This document shows positions 51,714 to 61,194 of a stretch of 64,000 nucleotides of DNA, piece by piece. Source of the stretch: an uncultured Verrucomicrobiota bacterium (GTDB lineage: Bacteria > Verrucomicrobiota > Kiritimatiellia > RFP12 > UBA1067). Numbering within the stretch: position 1 is the stretch's first letter; the number at the start of each line of letters is the position of its first letter. The stretch spans positions 13,036 to 77,035 of the forward strand of contig CAMGEN010000003.1 of NCBI GenBank assembly GCA_946055075.1, read 5' to 3'. The notes beneath the pieces are model-generated. The model did no database searches. It was not told the origin of the DNA and saw only the letters and a program-made list of their open reading frames with translations. The position numbers were made by a program, and so were the translations under genes.

Positions 51714-53723
51714 CTAACGACGGATGAAAGAGATATTACGGAGACGGATGTGCTCGGCGGTGGCGGTGGAGCGGAGATTAAGCGCTACGAGTTCGGTATG
51801 CGCGAGATCGAACGCGGTATCGAAGGCAAATTCGATCGGATGCCAGGCGTCATCACAGGGTAACGTCACCGGTTTGCCATGATAACGCGTCTCGTTGGAA
51901 AACAGAAGGAGCTCGAGCTGCGCATTGGAATCACCGGACAGCTTCACTTCGCCGGAAAAAACCCAGTGTCCGTTCCCCACCGACTTGAAACCCTCGGTCA
52001 CCACCGCCTGTACGCCGGCGTTCTTCTCACACTGGACAAGGTGATAGACCGCCGCGCCCTTCTCGTCCCGCTCCGTCGCCTCAAACTTTGTCATCCACGA
52101 GGGGAAGCGCGACCATACAGAATGCCGCGGCAGTTTCTCCGCGACGAGATTCGCATCCGCGACCTGCACCGCAGCGGGTTTGCCGCGGAACCTCCAACCG
52201 ACACTGACAACATCTGCGAACGCTGGAATTGCCGGCTCAGATTTCTCACCAGTGATCGTCAGCTCGAGTTCACCCGGCTCGCCCTGAACCATCCAGTCCG
52301 TTGGCGACGTCAGCCGCCTCCCGTCGTACCAACAGTTCGCAACCTTCACCACGAAATTCGACGAGACCAGCCATTTCTTCGGATCGTTGCGCACGATGAC
52401 CACCGGACCGAGCGACTTGCCTTTGTTCCTCCACCCGCTCACGCCGACCGCATGCGGGAACACGCAATCCTCGAAGACGAACGTCTTGGGCAGCGTGCCC
52501 ATGTTCTGTCCGCGGAAAAGCCAGCTGATATTCCCGCAATCAACCGCGGAGAGCCGCTTGAAGACGAAGTCGTTCTCCTGATGCTTCAGGTCCTGCGGAC
52601 CCGGCTCGCGCTTCTGCGCGGCGCCGTTCATCTCATTCCACTTGTTGTTACGCCGCAGCACTCCGTTGTATTCGTTGCCGACCAATCCCTCGTCCGCGCG
52701 GAAGACATTGATGTCCTCCATTAGCACGCGCATGTTGGTGCTCTGCGGAAACACCGCCTTGCAGGTAGTGCCGATCGTGACGTCACGATAAACTGCATCC
52801 CTTACGCCGCTTACCACGAGCGCATTGTCTCCGACATAAACCCATGAATGTTCAACCAGCGGATTCTTTCCGCCGTTGGTGAATCCGTCTGAACACATCA
52901 TCGTGGCAAGCAGCTTGACGTTGCGGAAAACCGCACCATCGGCCCAGCAGGTAATGTTGAACGTACGCGCATCGACGAGCTTCACGCCTTCCACCTTCGT
53001 GCCAATCCCGCCAATAGCGACAAGCCCCCGTCTCGTGTTCTGAGTCTGGTCATAACGGAAGATATCACTCATCGGATCGAGAATCATTCCGCGTCCGTGA
53101 AGATACATTCCCTTCGCCTTCAGCCTGAGCCGCGCATTCAACACCGCACCCGGCGCGATGTAGATCTCCTTGACGTCATCGGCGACTGGTAGCACTCCAT
53201 CCCTATCCGGAGCCTCAAGCCAGCCGTCGACGAAAAGACAACCTGGCTTATCCTTCGCCGGGACATCCGTTTCCGGCGCATCGGCGAAGACCGAAAGAAT
53301 CGTCTTATCGTAATCATTGATCCGCACTCCGAAATAATCCGGTTTATCCAGCCATACCGAAATTACGCCGTCTGTGAACGAATGACGGAACCGTTTCGCG
53401 GACGGAAAGACGTTATAGCTTTCGACATCTCCGTTGACCGCAATATCAACGCGCACCGGACCACCCTCGAAGGCGAACTCGCAGAAACGCCGGTTCACGT
53501 CCCCACCGTAAGTGCGATCGCGGAGCGCGTCCTTCTCGCAGTGATTCCACACTACAAGCGGCTTCGTCACCGAATCCTGCGTCACGGACACGCGATAGAA
53601 ATCGTCACGTTCGATCGCGGACGGATAATCCGGATAAACGACTAGCGCGTTTTGTGCCTGCGCACAAAACGCGGAAAGCCAGAAGGACAAAGCAAGAAGA
53701 AAAAAACGAGGAATATTCATCAT
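51714..53723 (-). CDS. secreted right-handed beta-helix (pectin-lyase-fold) glycoside hydrolase-like protein with C-terminal beta-sandwich region
   Basis: Signal peptide MMNIPRFFLLALSFWLSAFCAQA. Beta-helix-like repeats (VYVGDNALVVSG, DGFTNGG). The family assignment is tentative. Confidence 0.55.
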   Translation of the reverse strand: MMNIPRFFLLALSFWLSAFCAQAQNALVVYPDYPSAIERDDFYRVSVTQDSVTKPLVVWNHCEKDALRDRTYGGDVNRRFCEFAFEGGPVRVDIAVNGDVESYNVFPSAKRFRHSFTDGVISVWLDKPDYFGVRINDYDKTILSVFADAPETDVPAKDKPGCLFVDGWLEAPDRDGVLPVADDVKEIYIAPGAVLNARLRLKAKGMYLHGRGMILDPMSDIFRYDQTQNTRRGLVAIGGIGTKVEGVKLVDARTFNITCWADGAVFRNVKLLATMMCSDGFTNGGKNPLVEHSWVYVGDNALVVSGVRDAVYRDVTIGTTCKAVFPQSTNMRVLMEDINVFRADEGLVGNEYNGVLRRNNKWNEMNGAAQKREPGPQDLKHQENDFVFKRLSAVDCGNISWLFRGQNMGTLPKTFVFEDCVFPHAVGVSGWRNKGKSLGPVVIVRNDPKKWLVSSNFVVKVANCWYDGRRLTSPTDWMVQGEPGELELTITGEKSEPAIPAFADVVSVGWRFRGKPAAVQVADANLVAEKLPRHSVWSRFPSWMTKFEATERDEKGAAVYHLVQCEKNAGVQAVVTEGFKSVGNGHWVFSGEVKLSGDSNAQLELLLFSNETRYHGKPVTLPCDDAWHPIEFAFDTAFDLAHTELVALNLRSTATAEHIRLRNISFIRR

Positions 53724-53768
53724 CCACAATATCGGACCGATGGGGCGATGGCGCCCCACCTCCAATTG

Positions 53769-54473
53769 TCAACCGGGGAGCGAAAGCCCACCGTCGATCA
53801 TGATCGTCGCGCCGGTGATGTAACGGCCCGCGTCAGATGCAAGGAGGAGCGCGGTGCCGGCGGCATCCTCGGGCATCGCGTAGTCGTGCATCGGGATCGC
53901 GTTCGTGACCTTCTTCGCGTATTCGGGATTGCCGAGGCACTCCCTGTTGCGATCGGTGAAGAACACTCCGGGACAGAGGTTGTTGACCGTAATACCCTCG
54001 GACGCGACCTGACGGGCGATGCCGCGGACGAGGTTCTCCTGGGCGGACTTCGTGGCGGCATAGACGCACATGTCGGGATGGGGACGGCGTTCGTTGACCG
54101 ACCCGACGACGATGAACCGACCCCACTTCTGCGCCTTCATCTTCGGATAGCAGCGCTGGAACATCCGCAGGGTCGCGAATAAGTTGACCTGCACCTCCTT
54201 CTGCGCCTCGTCAAGCGGGAACTCAGTCCACGGGATCTTCGCCTGGATCGACGCGTTGGCAACAAGGATGTCCGGCATCTCGCCCTTCGTCTCGAGTCCG
54301 TCGAAGAACGCGTCAATCGCCTGCGGATCGGAGAGATCACAAACCTTGGAATTATGGCGAATCACCTTCGCGCCGTATTCCTCGAGCGCATCGCCGATGG
54401 CCTTGCCGATTCCGCGGGTCGAGCCCGTGACCAACGCCGTCTTACCGGTAAGATCGAACTTCTCCTTGAGCAT
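53769..54473 (-). CDS. short-chain dehydrogenase/reductase (KduD/gluconate-5-dehydrogenase-like)
   Basis: TGSTRGIGKA and a YAATKSA catalytic motif. Confidence 0.85.
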   Translation of the reverse strand: MLKEKFDLTGKTALVTGSTRGIGKAIGDALEEYGAKVIRHNSKVCDLSDPQAIDAFFDGLETKGEMPDILVANASIQAKIPWTEFPLDEAQKEVQVNLFATLRMFQRCYPKMKAQKWGRFIVVGSVNERRPHPDMCVYAATKSAQENLVRGIARQVASEGITVNNLCPGVFFTDRNRECLGNPEYAKKVTNAIPMHDYAMPEDAAGTALLLASDAGRYITGATIMIDGGLSLPG

Positions 54474-54474
54474 C

Positions 54475-55938
54475 TCAATTCTCCTTTACGTGATAAACCG
54501 CGAACCCATACGCACCCAGCCTGAAGACGTTCGCGCCCGTCTTCTCCGCGCGTCTCGATATCAGCGGTTCCGCGGCAAAAGTGCCGCGGAGAGAGCGATC
54601 CGGGGACACCTCGACCGTGTCCGTCGTCTTGGTGACGGCCTTAAGCTCGAAATCCACCGAGACGTCGACTGACCGGTCGGACCAGTTCTGCACGACGAAC
54701 ATCGTCTCGCCCTTTCCGCGGCGGACGAACGCCGTGACCTCGTCCGGCTGCGAGGTCTGCAGCCAGATCATTCCGTCGAACCCGCTCACCGCGGTGAACG
54801 CGGGATGTTCGCGACGGATCGCGGAGAGCTTCTGCACGAGCGCGTGACGGTACCTGCCGTAGTCCGTCTCGAGCGCAGACCAGTCGAGCGGCGTACGACC
54901 GAACATCGAATGCTTCTCATCCGCTTCGGCGAATTCGTTGCCGTTGAAGAAGAGCGGAATTCCGTCCGCCGTCAGCAGCCACACGCAGACCTGGTCCATC
55001 GCCTCGTGTCCGAACGCATTCTCGCGACGGGGACGCACATCGGTCGCGATGTCGTGGTTGTCGTAGTGATTGACGAAACGTGAACCGCGCGGATGAACCG
55101 CGGTCTGACTGTCCCAACGGCGGCGAATGCACTGCGCGTCCCGCTTCCCGTCCTTGAGGAACACCTCGCACGGGAACCAGCCGTAGTCGGCGTCGAACGC
55201 CTTCTGCTGGTTCGCGCAGTTCTGTCCCTCGCAGATCATCGCGGCATGATTGGCAGTGACCGCGTTCATCATGTCGCGGGCGTCGCACCAGAAATCCAGC
55301 GGCACCTGGTCTCCGACATCGCAGCGAAAGCCGTCGCAGCCGTATTCGGTGAGCAGATAGCGCATGTTGCCGATCAGGTATTCGCGCAGCTTCGGCTCCT
55401 CGAAGTTAAGCTTCGGAAAACGCCACGGTCCCTTCTTCACCGTGCCGTCGCCATTCCAATAGGTGAACTCGGGATGTTCCTTCAGAAACGGCGCGGCCGG
55501 ACCGCAGTGAAGATACACTAGGTCGAACATCACGTACATCCCGAGCTGATGCGCCGCCGCGACGAAGTCCTTGAGGTCCTGGTCGGTGCCGTACTCCGGA
55601 TCGACATGGAAGTAGTCCGCCATACGGTACTGGTTCCTCGGACAGTTGAAGCCGCTCTTGATCTGTCTCGGACTCCAGAAGCTCTGGTCCATGTCCTCAT
55701 CCATCTTCATCACCGGAACGAGATAGAGGATAGTGAAGCCAGAGTCCTTCAGATACGGAAGCTTTGCCTCCGCAGCCTTCAAGGTCCCTTCCTTAGTGAA
55801 CGCCCGCGGCTGGATCTGACAAATGACACCTTTCGTAAACCACTCCGGTGCCTTTCGCGCATTCGTGTAGCACGTATTGTCTGCAAGCGCCACCGCCGCC
55901 ACCAGTCCGAGCATCAACGTAATGATTTTTCCCACCAT
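54475..55938 (-). CDS. secreted GH13 (alpha-amylase family) enzyme
   Basis: Signal peptide, GFRCDVGDQ (region II) and NHYDNHD (region IV). Confidence 0.75.
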   Translation of the reverse strand: MVGKIITLMLGLVAAVALADNTCYTNARKAPEWFTKGVICQIQPRAFTKEGTLKAAEAKLPYLKDSGFTILYLVPVMKMDEDMDQSFWSPRQIKSGFNCPRNQYRMADYFHVDPEYGTDQDLKDFVAAAHQLGMYVMFDLVYLHCGPAAPFLKEHPEFTYWNGDGTVKKGPWRFPKLNFEEPKLREYLIGNMRYLLTEYGCDGFRCDVGDQVPLDFWCDARDMMNAVTANHAAMICEGQNCANQQKAFDADYGWFPCEVFLKDGKRDAQCIRRRWDSQTAVHPRGSRFVNHYDNHDIATDVRPRRENAFGHEAMDQVCVWLLTADGIPLFFNGNEFAEADEKHSMFGRTPLDWSALETDYGRYRHALVQKLSAIRREHPAFTAVSGFDGMIWLQTSQPDEVTAFVRRGKGETMFVVQNWSDRSVDVSVDFELKAVTKTTDTVEVSPDRSLRGTFAAEPLISRRAEKTGANVFRLGAYGFAVYHVKEN

Positions 55939-55942
55939 AACG

Positions 55943-55976
55943 CTTCAGTATTCACTATTCACTGTTCACTTGACAG
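55943..55976 (-). repeat. GTGAATA array upstream of the GH13 gene
   Basis: Plus strand reads CTTCAGTATTCACTATTCACTGTTCACTTGACAG. Confidence 0.75.
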
Positions 55977-55986
55977 ACAGTGGTCC

Positions 55987-57309
55987 TTAGGACCAGCGCC
56001 GGTCATTGGCCCATTCCTTGTCCCACTCCTTCGTGGAAGCCCACGGCGCGGGAAATTCCTTGCACGCCTGCTTCTTGATGAGCTTTTCGTTGAGCTCGTC
56101 AATACCGAGTCCGGGTCTGGTCGGAACCTTGATGAATCCCCCCTCGTACGAAAGCGCGGGCTTCACGAGATCTCCCCACCACGGGACATCGACGGAATGG
56201 AGTTCGAGGGCCATGAAGTTTCGGGTCGCCGCGGCAACATGGACGGCCGCCATGCAGGCGATCGGAGATTCGGCCATGTGGATGTTCATCTGCACGCCGT
56301 AGTCCTCGGCCATGTCGCCGACCTTCTTCGTCTCCATCATGCCGCCGCAGGTGAGGAGGTCGGGATGAACGACCGCGAGCGCATGCGACTCAAGGAGCGG
56401 CTTGAAATCCTCTTTGAGATAGATGTCCTCGCCGGTCCCGAGCGGAGTCGTGGTCGCGGCGTGAAGCTCGCGCCACTGCTCAACGTTGCGCCACGGAAGG
56501 ACGTCCTCGGCCCAAGAGAGATGATATTTCTCGAGACGGCGGAGGAGATTGACGCAGTCCTCGTAAGGGATATGTCCGAGATGATCGATCGCGATCGGCA
56601 CCTCCCAGCCGATGACATCACGGACGTCGGACATGTATTTCTCGAGATAGTCGAGCCCCTTCTCCGTGATATGGATACCGGTGTGTCCGTGCGCGGTCGT
56701 GAAAAGCTCGAACGCCTCGCCGCGCATCGAGCGCGGATCGATCGAACCGTGCGGCGTCTGGACGACGTGCTTCATCTTACGCATGTAGTCGAGATAACCG
56801 AGCGGCGCGATCAGCGCGTCCTTGACGTTCGTCAGGAGTTCGATGCCGAGATCCATCTTGAGGAAGGTGAAGCCCATCGCCATACGCTCCTTGAGCGCCT
56901 TGCCCATATCGCGTCCGCCGCCTTCAGAATCGGTGTCGCAGTAGCAGCGGATCTCGTCGCGCCACTTGCCGCCAAGGAGCTGCCAGCAGGGAACGCCCCA
57001 GGCCTTGCCCGCGAGGTCCATGCACGCGAGTTCAACCGCACAGACGCCGCCGGCCTGACGCGAATCGCCGCCGAACTGCTTGATCCGGCGGAAGATCTTC
57101 TCGACGTTGCACGGATTCTCGCCGAGGATGCGGCTCTTGAGCATCGCGGCGTAGGTGCGTGAAGAGGCGTCACGGACTTCACCGTAACCGACGAGTCCCT
57201 GGTTGGTATAGAGCTTGAGGAGCGTGCAACGCTTCGGCGCGCCGTCGATGTCGGCAAAGCGCATGTCGGTGATCTTGAGCGTCGCGGGATTGATCTTGTT
57301 GATTCGCAT
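55987..57309 (-). CDS. enolase-superfamily sugar-acid dehydratase (mandelate racemase/galactonate-mannonate dehydratase-like)
   Basis: Start at MRINKINPATLKITDMRF (57309). MR/MLE N- and C-terminal domains. Confidence 0.8.
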   Translation of the reverse strand: MRINKINPATLKITDMRFADIDGAPKRCTLLKLYTNQGLVGYGEVRDASSRTYAAMLKSRILGENPCNVEKIFRRIKQFGGDSRQAGGVCAVELACMDLAGKAWGVPCWQLLGGKWRDEIRCYCDTDSEGGGRDMGKALKERMAMGFTFLKMDLGIELLTNVKDALIAPLGYLDYMRKMKHVVQTPHGSIDPRSMRGEAFELFTTAHGHTGIHITEKGLDYLEKYMSDVRDVIGWEVPIAIDHLGHIPYEDCVNLLRRLEKYHLSWAEDVLPWRNVEQWRELHAATTTPLGTGEDIYLKEDFKPLLESHALAVVHPDLLTCGGMMETKKVGDMAEDYGVQMNIHMAESPIACMAAVHVAAATRNFMALELHSVDVPWWGDLVKPALSYEGGFIKVPTRPGLGIDELNEKLIKKQACKEFPAPWASTKEWDKEWANDRRWS

Positions 57310-57314
57310 AATAA

Positions 57315-57347
57315 CAGTTGAAGTATGAAGTTGAAGTTGAAGAGCGG
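57315..57347 (+). repeat. AGTTGAA array between the GH10 and dehydratase genes (pyrimidine strand in the mRNA)
   Basis: CAGTTGAAGTATGAAGTTGAAGTTGAAGAGCGG. Confidence 0.8.
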
Positions 57348-57356
57348 ATGAACTCT

Positions 57357-59444
57357 TTACTTGAAGGTGAGTTCGTTCTTCGGATCCATGAGCATGAGCG
57401 AGCACCACCAGTTGCCAGAGCTGCCGCAACGGGTCTTGAACTCGATCGTATTCTCGCCCTCCTTGAGCTGGATCTTGACGCGCTTCCACTCGTCCGTAGT
57501 ACCGCTGAAGCTGCGAATATAACCGCCGTTAACGGTGAGCTCGCCGAACCAGTCGTTCATCTCGCCGATTTCGAGTTGCATATCCCGCGGCGCGACGACA
57601 TTGAAAGTCAGCGAGACGTTCTCGACGCCGTCCGCATTAAGCACGGGAACATAACCCGTGGGACCGTTCAGCTGGAAACGTCCGTCAACATCCGTCTTGA
57701 GCGGGATAACGCCCTTCTTGCAGGTTAGCGTCGCCTGCTCGACGAGGCGCGCTCCGCGCGGAAGCGCCGTGCCGACATTGTCGACGTACGCATCATTGAG
57801 CGTTTCCTTAATTCCGTCGCCTTCAAGATGGATGACTCGCCAGAAAACGTGTCCGCTCTGCGGATCCTTCCACGAGAGACGGTACTTGCCACGGAAGCCG
57901 CGGAACTTCACGAACGCCGCGCACTCGTCGCCACCTTCGGCCGCGACCTTGAGATTCGTCTTCCACTCATGGTTGATGAGCTGATCGAGCGCCTCGTAGG
58001 CGGGCTTCTTCTTCATGTCCGTGGTGAAGAGTCCGGAGACGAGCGGCTCGCCCTTCACGCCTCCGCCGTCGACGGTGTTCCACCAGGTGATGCCCATCAG
58101 GGACTTGTGGGAGAACCACTTGCGGTAGATATTACGCGTAAGCACGGCCTGGATCATACGGCTTCTGGCATCCGATCCCGGCGAGGTGATGGTTATCTCG
58201 GAGACGTGGATGGGCTTGCCGGTCTTCGCCATCATGTCGAGGCGATCCTGGATCGTCCTGGGCGTGCCGACCCAGTTGATGTTCGTCTCGCCCTGCGCGA
58301 GCCGTGCGCAGTCATTGGTGTTGAAGATGTGCATCTGGCAGCCGACGATATCGATCTTCGCGCCCTGCTGCTCGAGGTCCTTGACCTGGGCGAGGAAGTC
58401 GTCACAGATGTTATAGTCGTTAATGTTGAGCTTCGCCCACGCTGGGAACGCCTCCTTGGCGTCGAGGAGCGCATGGAGCGGATAGTCGCCGGGCATGAGT
58501 CCGTAGAGCGAGAACCACACCGGGAGCCCCGTGCGCGACTTGCGGTAACGCGACCAGTCGCGCGAACTCTCGTTCACGACGTCCCAGCTGTCCACGAGTT
58601 CTCCGTAGTCCTTAGCGACATCGAAGACGCGCTTGCGGAAGATGCGGCGCATCGCCTGCGTGAACTCTGGGAGCTTTTCGCCGACTTCCTTTTCGGTCAC
58701 GGCATCATAGACGCGGTTCCAGCGCGACTTCCACGAACCGTTCCAGCCGCCGTCCCAGTTGTTGACATCGTCAACAGACTCGCCGAAACGCGGAATGCCG
58801 AGGTGCTCGATGTAGCGCTTCTCGTTCTCGGGACAGTAGTCAGTGTAGATCCAGGTCGGCTTGGCGCTACCCCAGATGAGGATGTGTCCGTGAACCCTCA
58901 CGCCCTTCTCCTTGCAGAAGGTCACGATCGGTCCAGGCGCAGGACGGCGCCAGAAAGGATGCGCCATCGCCTCATCGCGCGTAAGCGAATTCCAGAAGTA
59001 GGGAGTGTCCTCGAAATCGCCGAACGCGCGGAGGCGTCCCGGCACCGGCTCATAGCAGTTCCAGTAGTACGCGACAGTCGCAGAATTAAAGATGCCGCCG
59101 CGTCCGTAGCTCGCCTTGTAGACATCGTTGTATTCCTTCTTCCCGAGCTGGTCGAAGTTGAAGATGTGGGCGCCGAACTTGAACTCGTGGTCGAGCTGTT
59201 CGACCGTTACTTCGGTTCCCTGCGAGACCGGCAGCGCCACTACGGCGTCCGCCTTGCGGTTCGCCTCGATGTCAGCATCGATCTTCGCCTGTTCGGCGTC
59301 ATTCCAGATCTCCCAGTACTTCTCGCTCATCACCGACGGGTCGATCTTGAAGTCCGCCGAAGCCAGCGCCGTGAAAGCTACGAACAGTGAGCAGTGTGCA
59401 ATGATCAGTTGCGGAATCTTGAATTTCGTCTTGTCAGCTTTCAT
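57357..59444 (-). CDS. secreted GH10-like glycoside hydrolase with C-terminal beta-sandwich extension
   Basis: Motifs GHILIWG, WDVVNES, NDYN, GCQMH and HVSEITIT (nucleophile Glu). N-terminal signal/anchor. Confidence 0.8.
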   Translation of the reverse strand: MKADKTKFKIPQLIIAHCSLFVAFTALASADFKIDPSVMSEKYWEIWNDAEQAKIDADIEANRKADAVVALPVSQGTEVTVEQLDHEFKFGAHIFNFDQLGKKEYNDVYKASYGRGGIFNSATVAYYWNCYEPVPGRLRAFGDFEDTPYFWNSLTRDEAMAHPFWRRPAPGPIVTFCKEKGVRVHGHILIWGSAKPTWIYTDYCPENEKRYIEHLGIPRFGESVDDVNNWDGGWNGSWKSRWNRVYDAVTEKEVGEKLPEFTQAMRRIFRKRVFDVAKDYGELVDSWDVVNESSRDWSRYRKSRTGLPVWFSLYGLMPGDYPLHALLDAKEAFPAWAKLNINDYNICDDFLAQVKDLEQQGAKIDIVGCQMHIFNTNDCARLAQGETNINWVGTPRTIQDRLDMMAKTGKPIHVSEITITSPGSDARSRMIQAVLTRNIYRKWFSHKSLMGITWWNTVDGGGVKGEPLVSGLFTTDMKKKPAYEALDQLINHEWKTNLKVAAEGGDECAAFVKFRGFRGKYRLSWKDPQSGHVFWRVIHLEGDGIKETLNDAYVDNVGTALPRGARLVEQATLTCKKGVIPLKTDVDGRFQLNGPTGYVPVLNADGVENVSLTFNVVAPRDMQLEIGEMNDWFGELTVNGGYIRSFSGTTDEWKRVKIQLKEGENTIEFKTRCGSSGNWWCSLMLMDPKNELTFK

Positions 59445-59451
59445 TAGAATT

Positions 59452-59495
59452 ACCTCCTCAACTCTTAACTCTTCACTCTTACTTCTTCACTTATC
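59452..59495 (-). repeat. 44-nt GTGAAGA-type element, intergenic copy upstream of the GH10 gene
   Basis: Plus strand reads ACCTCCTCAACTCTTAACTCTTCACTCTTACTTCTTCACTTATC. It differs at 3 of 44 positions from 49538-49581. Its GAGGAGG end serves as the SD of the GH10 gene. Confidence 0.9.
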
Positions 59496-59497
59496 GC

Positions 59498-60253
59498 TTA
59501 GAAGTATCCGCCCTTGTCGATGATCTCGCTGATCGTGTCTCCCTGACGGACCCACGAGAAGATGTCGACCTCGTTACGCTCGATGCCTTCGGCGCGGAGC
59601 AGCACCTCGTACGCGATCTCGCGCGGAATGCAGATCACACCGTCGATATCTCCCATGATGATGTCGCCGGGGCGGACCGTCACCTTGCCGATCTTGATCG
59701 GGGTCTGATAGTGGGTGATCATGCAGCGCCCGAGCGATCCGTTGGAGACGCGGTACTTGTAGAAGATCGGGAACGGCTGTTCGAGGATCTGCTTGGTGTC
59801 GCGGATGCCGCCGGCGATGACGGCGCCGCGGATGCCCTTCGAAAGCGCGGTCGCGGTCATCACGCCGCCCCAGAGCGAGGCCTCGACGTCGGACGACGTA
59901 TCCCACACGACGACGCCGTTCGGCTTGAAGTCGTCCAGCATCTGCGCACGGAAAGTCATCTCGCCTTCGATCATGCAGTTCGGCGCGCTCTTGACGGTGA
60001 ACGCCTCGCCGCAGACGACCATCTCGTCGCGGAGCGGCATGATGTCATGCGGCAGGTTCTGGTCGAGGAGCGTGAGCTCGCGCATCACGTCGTTGACGCA
60101 GCCCGTATAGAGCTTCTCGAAACGCTCGCAGAGCTCCTTCACCGGGATCGGGAAATCGTTGGTGGGGATATGCTGACGCTTTTCGATCAGCTTATCAAGT
60201 TTCATGAGGCCGGCTTCCTTGGCCTTCGTACGCATATTGGCTAGACTTGGCAT
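59498..60253 (-). CDS. RraA-family protein (4-hydroxy-4-methyl-2-oxoglutarate aldolase/oxaloacetate decarboxylase-like)
   Basis: GDIIMGDIDGVICIPRE. ATG 60253 is preceded by AAGGAG and by an extended -10 TGTTATCAT. Confidence 0.75.
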   Translation of the reverse strand: MPSLANMRTKAKEAGLMKLDKLIEKRQHIPTNDFPIPVKELCERFEKLYTGCVNDVMRELTLLDQNLPHDIMPLRDEMVVCGEAFTVKSAPNCMIEGEMTFRAQMLDDFKPNGVVVWDTSSDVEASLWGGVMTATALSKGIRGAVIAGGIRDTKQILEQPFPIFYKYRVSNGSLGRCMITHYQTPIKIGKVTVRPGDIIMGDIDGVICIPREIAYEVLLRAEGIERNEVDIFSWVRQGDTISEIIDKGGYF

Positions 60254-60277
60254 GATTGCTCCTTTGGTTTCTTAAGA

Positions 60278-60300
60278 CGTGAATATGATAACACTTCACG
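60278..60300. promoter_or_regulatory. inverted repeat CGTGAA-N11-TTCACG spanning the -10 (TATCAT) of the RraA-like gene promoter
   Basis: Minus strand reads GGCGTGAAGTGTTATCATATTCACGTC. Confidence 0.45.
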
Positions 60301-60644
60301 CCGTCCGGGACAATAAACGATTCGGCACGAACTTCCTCATCTTTTGAGCAATCGCGTCGACGTGGCGGCATTGAGCTTCGTTTCGCGCATTCCTAATTGA
60401 CCGCGATTTGACGCCGCCCGATAATCCTTCTCATGGGGCCCCCGCCCCATGTCATCAAAACAGCTTCAATTCCAAAAGCGAATCAAAAATCAAACCAGCC
60501 TCAAAGCGAGAATCATCGCGAATCCGGCAAATCCTCGCGAATCAACACGACAGGACGAACAAAGACGCGGTCGGAGTGAGTCCGTAAAACACCTCATTAT
60601 CGGCATGCCAAATTCACCGTCCTCAGTGCGTATGAATTTTAACC

Positions 60645-60682
60645 CCTTCTGCCTTCGACCTCAACCTCAAAATCACTTCACG
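60645..60682 (-). repeat. degenerate heptamer array in the 560-nt non-coding region
   Basis: Plus strand reads CCTTCTGCCTTCGACCTCAACCTCAAAATCACTTCACG. Confidence 0.55.
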
Positions 60683-60813
60683 AGCCGGCTTCACCCTTCC
60701 CGCGACCAGCATCTCCACACCCGCCATCGTACCCGCACCGCTGCATAGCACTGCAAGATCTCCTCGCCCAACTTGGTGAGATGTTTAAACAAACCATCAT
60801 GAAAGCATCAGCA

Positions 60814-61155
60814 TCAAGGCGCGACAAGCATAACACCAAAAACAAACCAGCAGATTAAGCTAATAACACCGTCAATTATATTGCCGTAAAGAGCGAACAT
60901 AAAGCCGCGCTCCTTACCAATTAATGCCCCTACCAGCAACCCCAAAACAGGAAACATCATGCCCAAAACAAAGCACAGCCCTTCATGACAATCGTTTTTC
61001 TGTTGCCCAACATTAACAGAAGATATTGGATGTGTTTTACGTTGCCGAACCTTGACATAAAACTCATTACTACAATGAGGACAAAAAGTTGTCGAGCCAA
61101 TATACGAATCATCGACATCTACAATCGCACTGCATGATGGACATACTGTTCTCAC
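60814..61155 (-). CDS. zinc-ribbon membrane protein
   Basis: CPSC...CPHC ribbon followed by two hydrophobic helices. Low GC. Confidence 0.6.
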   Translation of the reverse strand: MRTVCPSCSAIVDVDDSYIGSTTFCPHCSNEFYVKVRQRKTHPISSVNVGQQKNDCHEGLCFVLGMMFPVLGLLVGALIGKERGFMFALYGNIIDGVISLICWFVFGVMLVAP

Positions 61156-61194
61156 ATCTACCTCCTTGTTGCATCTACTCGCACACCATTACTT

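Noticed and set aside
33513-59390. Other long antisense ORFs (33513..34625, 40863..42188, 55549..57162, 57828..59390, 51879..52724, 59711..60244, 62856..63647)
   Set aside because: Each lies opposite a gene with recognisable catalytic motifs. None has its own start context. The translations are low-complexity.
57315-59495. Long-range pairing between the arrays flanking the GH10 gene
   Set aside because: The arrays are in inverted orientation, but their periods differ (6-7 nt AGTTGAA versus 7 nt GTGAAGA). Complementarity is therefore patchy and much weaker than for the rluA and umuDC pairs.
60449-60748. 99-aa plus-strand ORF in the 560-nt gap
   Set aside because: No RBS. The translation is low-complexity, and the ORF overlaps the repeat clusters and a heptamer array.
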